In this document: one piece after another, positions 23,182 to 24,261 of the stretch | Position numbering within the stretch: position 1 is the first letter of the stretch | Layout of the letters: each line of letters begins with the position of its first letter | Origin: a virus | Lineage: Duplodnaviria > Caudoviricetes | Length of the DNA stretch: 24,261 nt | Virus record (IMG/VR): IMGVR_UViG_3300044676_000826 | Span: 1-24,261 of that record | Reading direction: 5' to 3' (one strand) | Translations under genes and position numbers: made by a program | Notes under the pieces: model-generated | Databases searched by the model: none | Told to the model about the DNA's origin: nothing | Seen by the model: only the letters and a program-made list of their open reading frames with translations

Positions 23182-24261
23182 CCACCTCTGCCGGTACTGG
23201 TTGCTTCATGCCAAACGGCTGATAAGCCATAGATAAGCCAAATTGCTCAGCAAGCTCTTTGTCACGCTCAATTTGAGCAAAGGTATCTTCTGCATCACGC
23301 CCATAAGTAGCCGCAATGTCGGAATGGCTCAAGATGCCGTTCTGCAATCCCACAACCGCAGCATTCATCTCCTTGAGCGGGTCAACCCACTGGAATCCTC
23401 TGCCACGCCAAGTTACGTCCTGACTGAACTTAAACACCTTATTTTCACCAGAAATAGGTATAAATCCATGATCCATCACATGCTCAAGCCAGATGCGGTA
23501 GAATGGATCAAGGAAGTGATCGATCATAAATCTGTGCAACGTGCGATAGAAATCCCTCTCTTCCAATGCGCCCTGACGTATGGACGAATAACTTGTTCCC
23601 TCAAGATCGTTGGCTAATGATGTATAGCTTACGCCCAAGCCACCGGCTATGCCGCGCAGAACTGCCTTCTCAAAGTCAGCAAACGCAGATGTTGGATGCG
23701 TGGGATCAAATGGGGTGAAGTCAACGCCAGCAGGCAATTGATGGAATGTACCGGCTTCAGCGTCATAGATGGGAACAGTATTTTGCTCATCATCAAACCC
23801 ATCAGCAGTAAAACCATCCCCAGCAGGGCTAGTAAAGAAACCCATCTTAGCAGCGCCAGTTCTGGCCGCAATCAACTCAGCCTCACGATAGCCATGCAAC
23901 ATCTTCAATGACGCAATCGCAGCAACAGACCAAGGAACTCCCCTAGTCTGATCTGCGCGTTCTGGACGGTAGATGTGCATCATCTCATCCGCAGAAACCC
24001 GTGTATATTTGCGCTCTGCGGCTGGCGTCATGTAATCATAATCACCCTTGTGGTAATTCAGCACATAATACGCAATCGGACGCTTGGTTTTACTATCAAG
24101 CTCAACACCCATGCGAACCTGATTGCCATTTGCAGCAAGCTCATTCTTCTCTTCGTCCACTAAATCAGGCTCAATAAGCTGCAAACCTATGCCGTAACGC
24201 AAATAGTTGCCCTTAACAATCTTCAGGAACACCTCACCGTCACGCGCAACGCCAGATATGA
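23159..24261 (-). CDS. Portal protein, lambda family (5' end outside window)
   Basis: Frame is open to the window edge (ISGVARDGEVF...). Motifs QTRGVPW, IAGGLGVSY..LANDL...YSSIR and WVDPLKE. Confidence 0.93.
   Translation of the reverse strand, partial: ISGVARDGEVFLKIVKGNYLRYGIGLQLIEPDLVDEEKNELAANGNQVRMGVELDSKTKRPIAYYVLNYHKGDYDYMTPAAERKYTRVSADEMMHIYRPERADQTRGVPWSVAAIASLKMLHGYREAELIAARTGAAKMGFFTSPAGDGFTADGFDDEQNTVPIYDAEAGTFHQLPAGVDFTPFDPTHPTSAFADFEKAVLRGIAGGLGVSYTSLANDLEGTSYSSIRQGALEERDFYRTLHRFMIDHFLDPFYRIWLEHVMDHGFIPISGENKVFKFSQDVTWRGRGFQWVDPLKEMNAAVVGLQNGILSHSDIAATYGRDAEDTFAQIERDKELAEQFGLSMAYQPFGMKQPVPAEVDDVEQAD

Larger units (their letters stand above)
1..24261. mobile_element. Fragment of a tailed dsDNA phage genome (siphovirus-like)
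   Basis: Ordered portal, protease/capsid, head-tail, tail tube, chaperone, tape measure, tail tip, fibre and lysis genes plus a phage replication module. No host housekeeping genes; dense coding with many ATGA/TGATG overlaps. Confidence 0.97.

Noticed and set aside
12421-23871. Other same-strand nested ORFs (12421-12756, 15009-15227, 17150-17410, 22236-22454, 23647-23871)
   Set aside because: Short, without strong SDs or motifs that complement the host gene, unlike the nested MTase frame.
7463-24163. Many plus-strand ORFs within the late operon (e.g. 14021-14605, 17172-17576, 23243-23617)
   Set aside because: Antisense to structural genes, with Ser/Pro/Ala-biased translations typical of reverse-frame openness.
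12395-24261. Gene transfer agent cluster
   Set aside because: A linked replication module, putative origin, MTase and lambda-type portal indicate an autonomous phage.

Overview
The window is a contiguous piece of a tailed dsDNA phage (siphovirus-type), probably from an alphaproteobacterial host. The host call is an inference from strong GANTC depletion. Left (1-4232, minus strand): a replication/recombination operon with an RHH regulator, Hjc-type resolvase, RecE-like exonuclease, T7 gp2.5-like SSB and primase-helicase, followed by an iteron-like GGACA/TGTCC array. Middle (4330-7156, plus strand): an accessory operon of small genes, a C5-cytosine methyltransferase apparently split into two polypeptides (one fully nested in the +1 frame of the other) and a PD-(D/E)XK nuclease behind a long RNA hairpin. 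Right (7183-24261, minus strand): the late operon, with a lambda-type portal (truncated), an 871-aa multi-domain/protease/capsid polyprotein, head-tail and tail genes with a -1 frameshifted chaperone, a short tape measure protein, a J-like tail tip broken into two frames, two fibres and a lysis region. No integrase, CI-type repressor, terminase, tRNA or CRISPR is seen. I translated several small ORFs missing from the ORF track by hand. All family assignments come from motif recognition, not database searches, and motif counts were made by eye.
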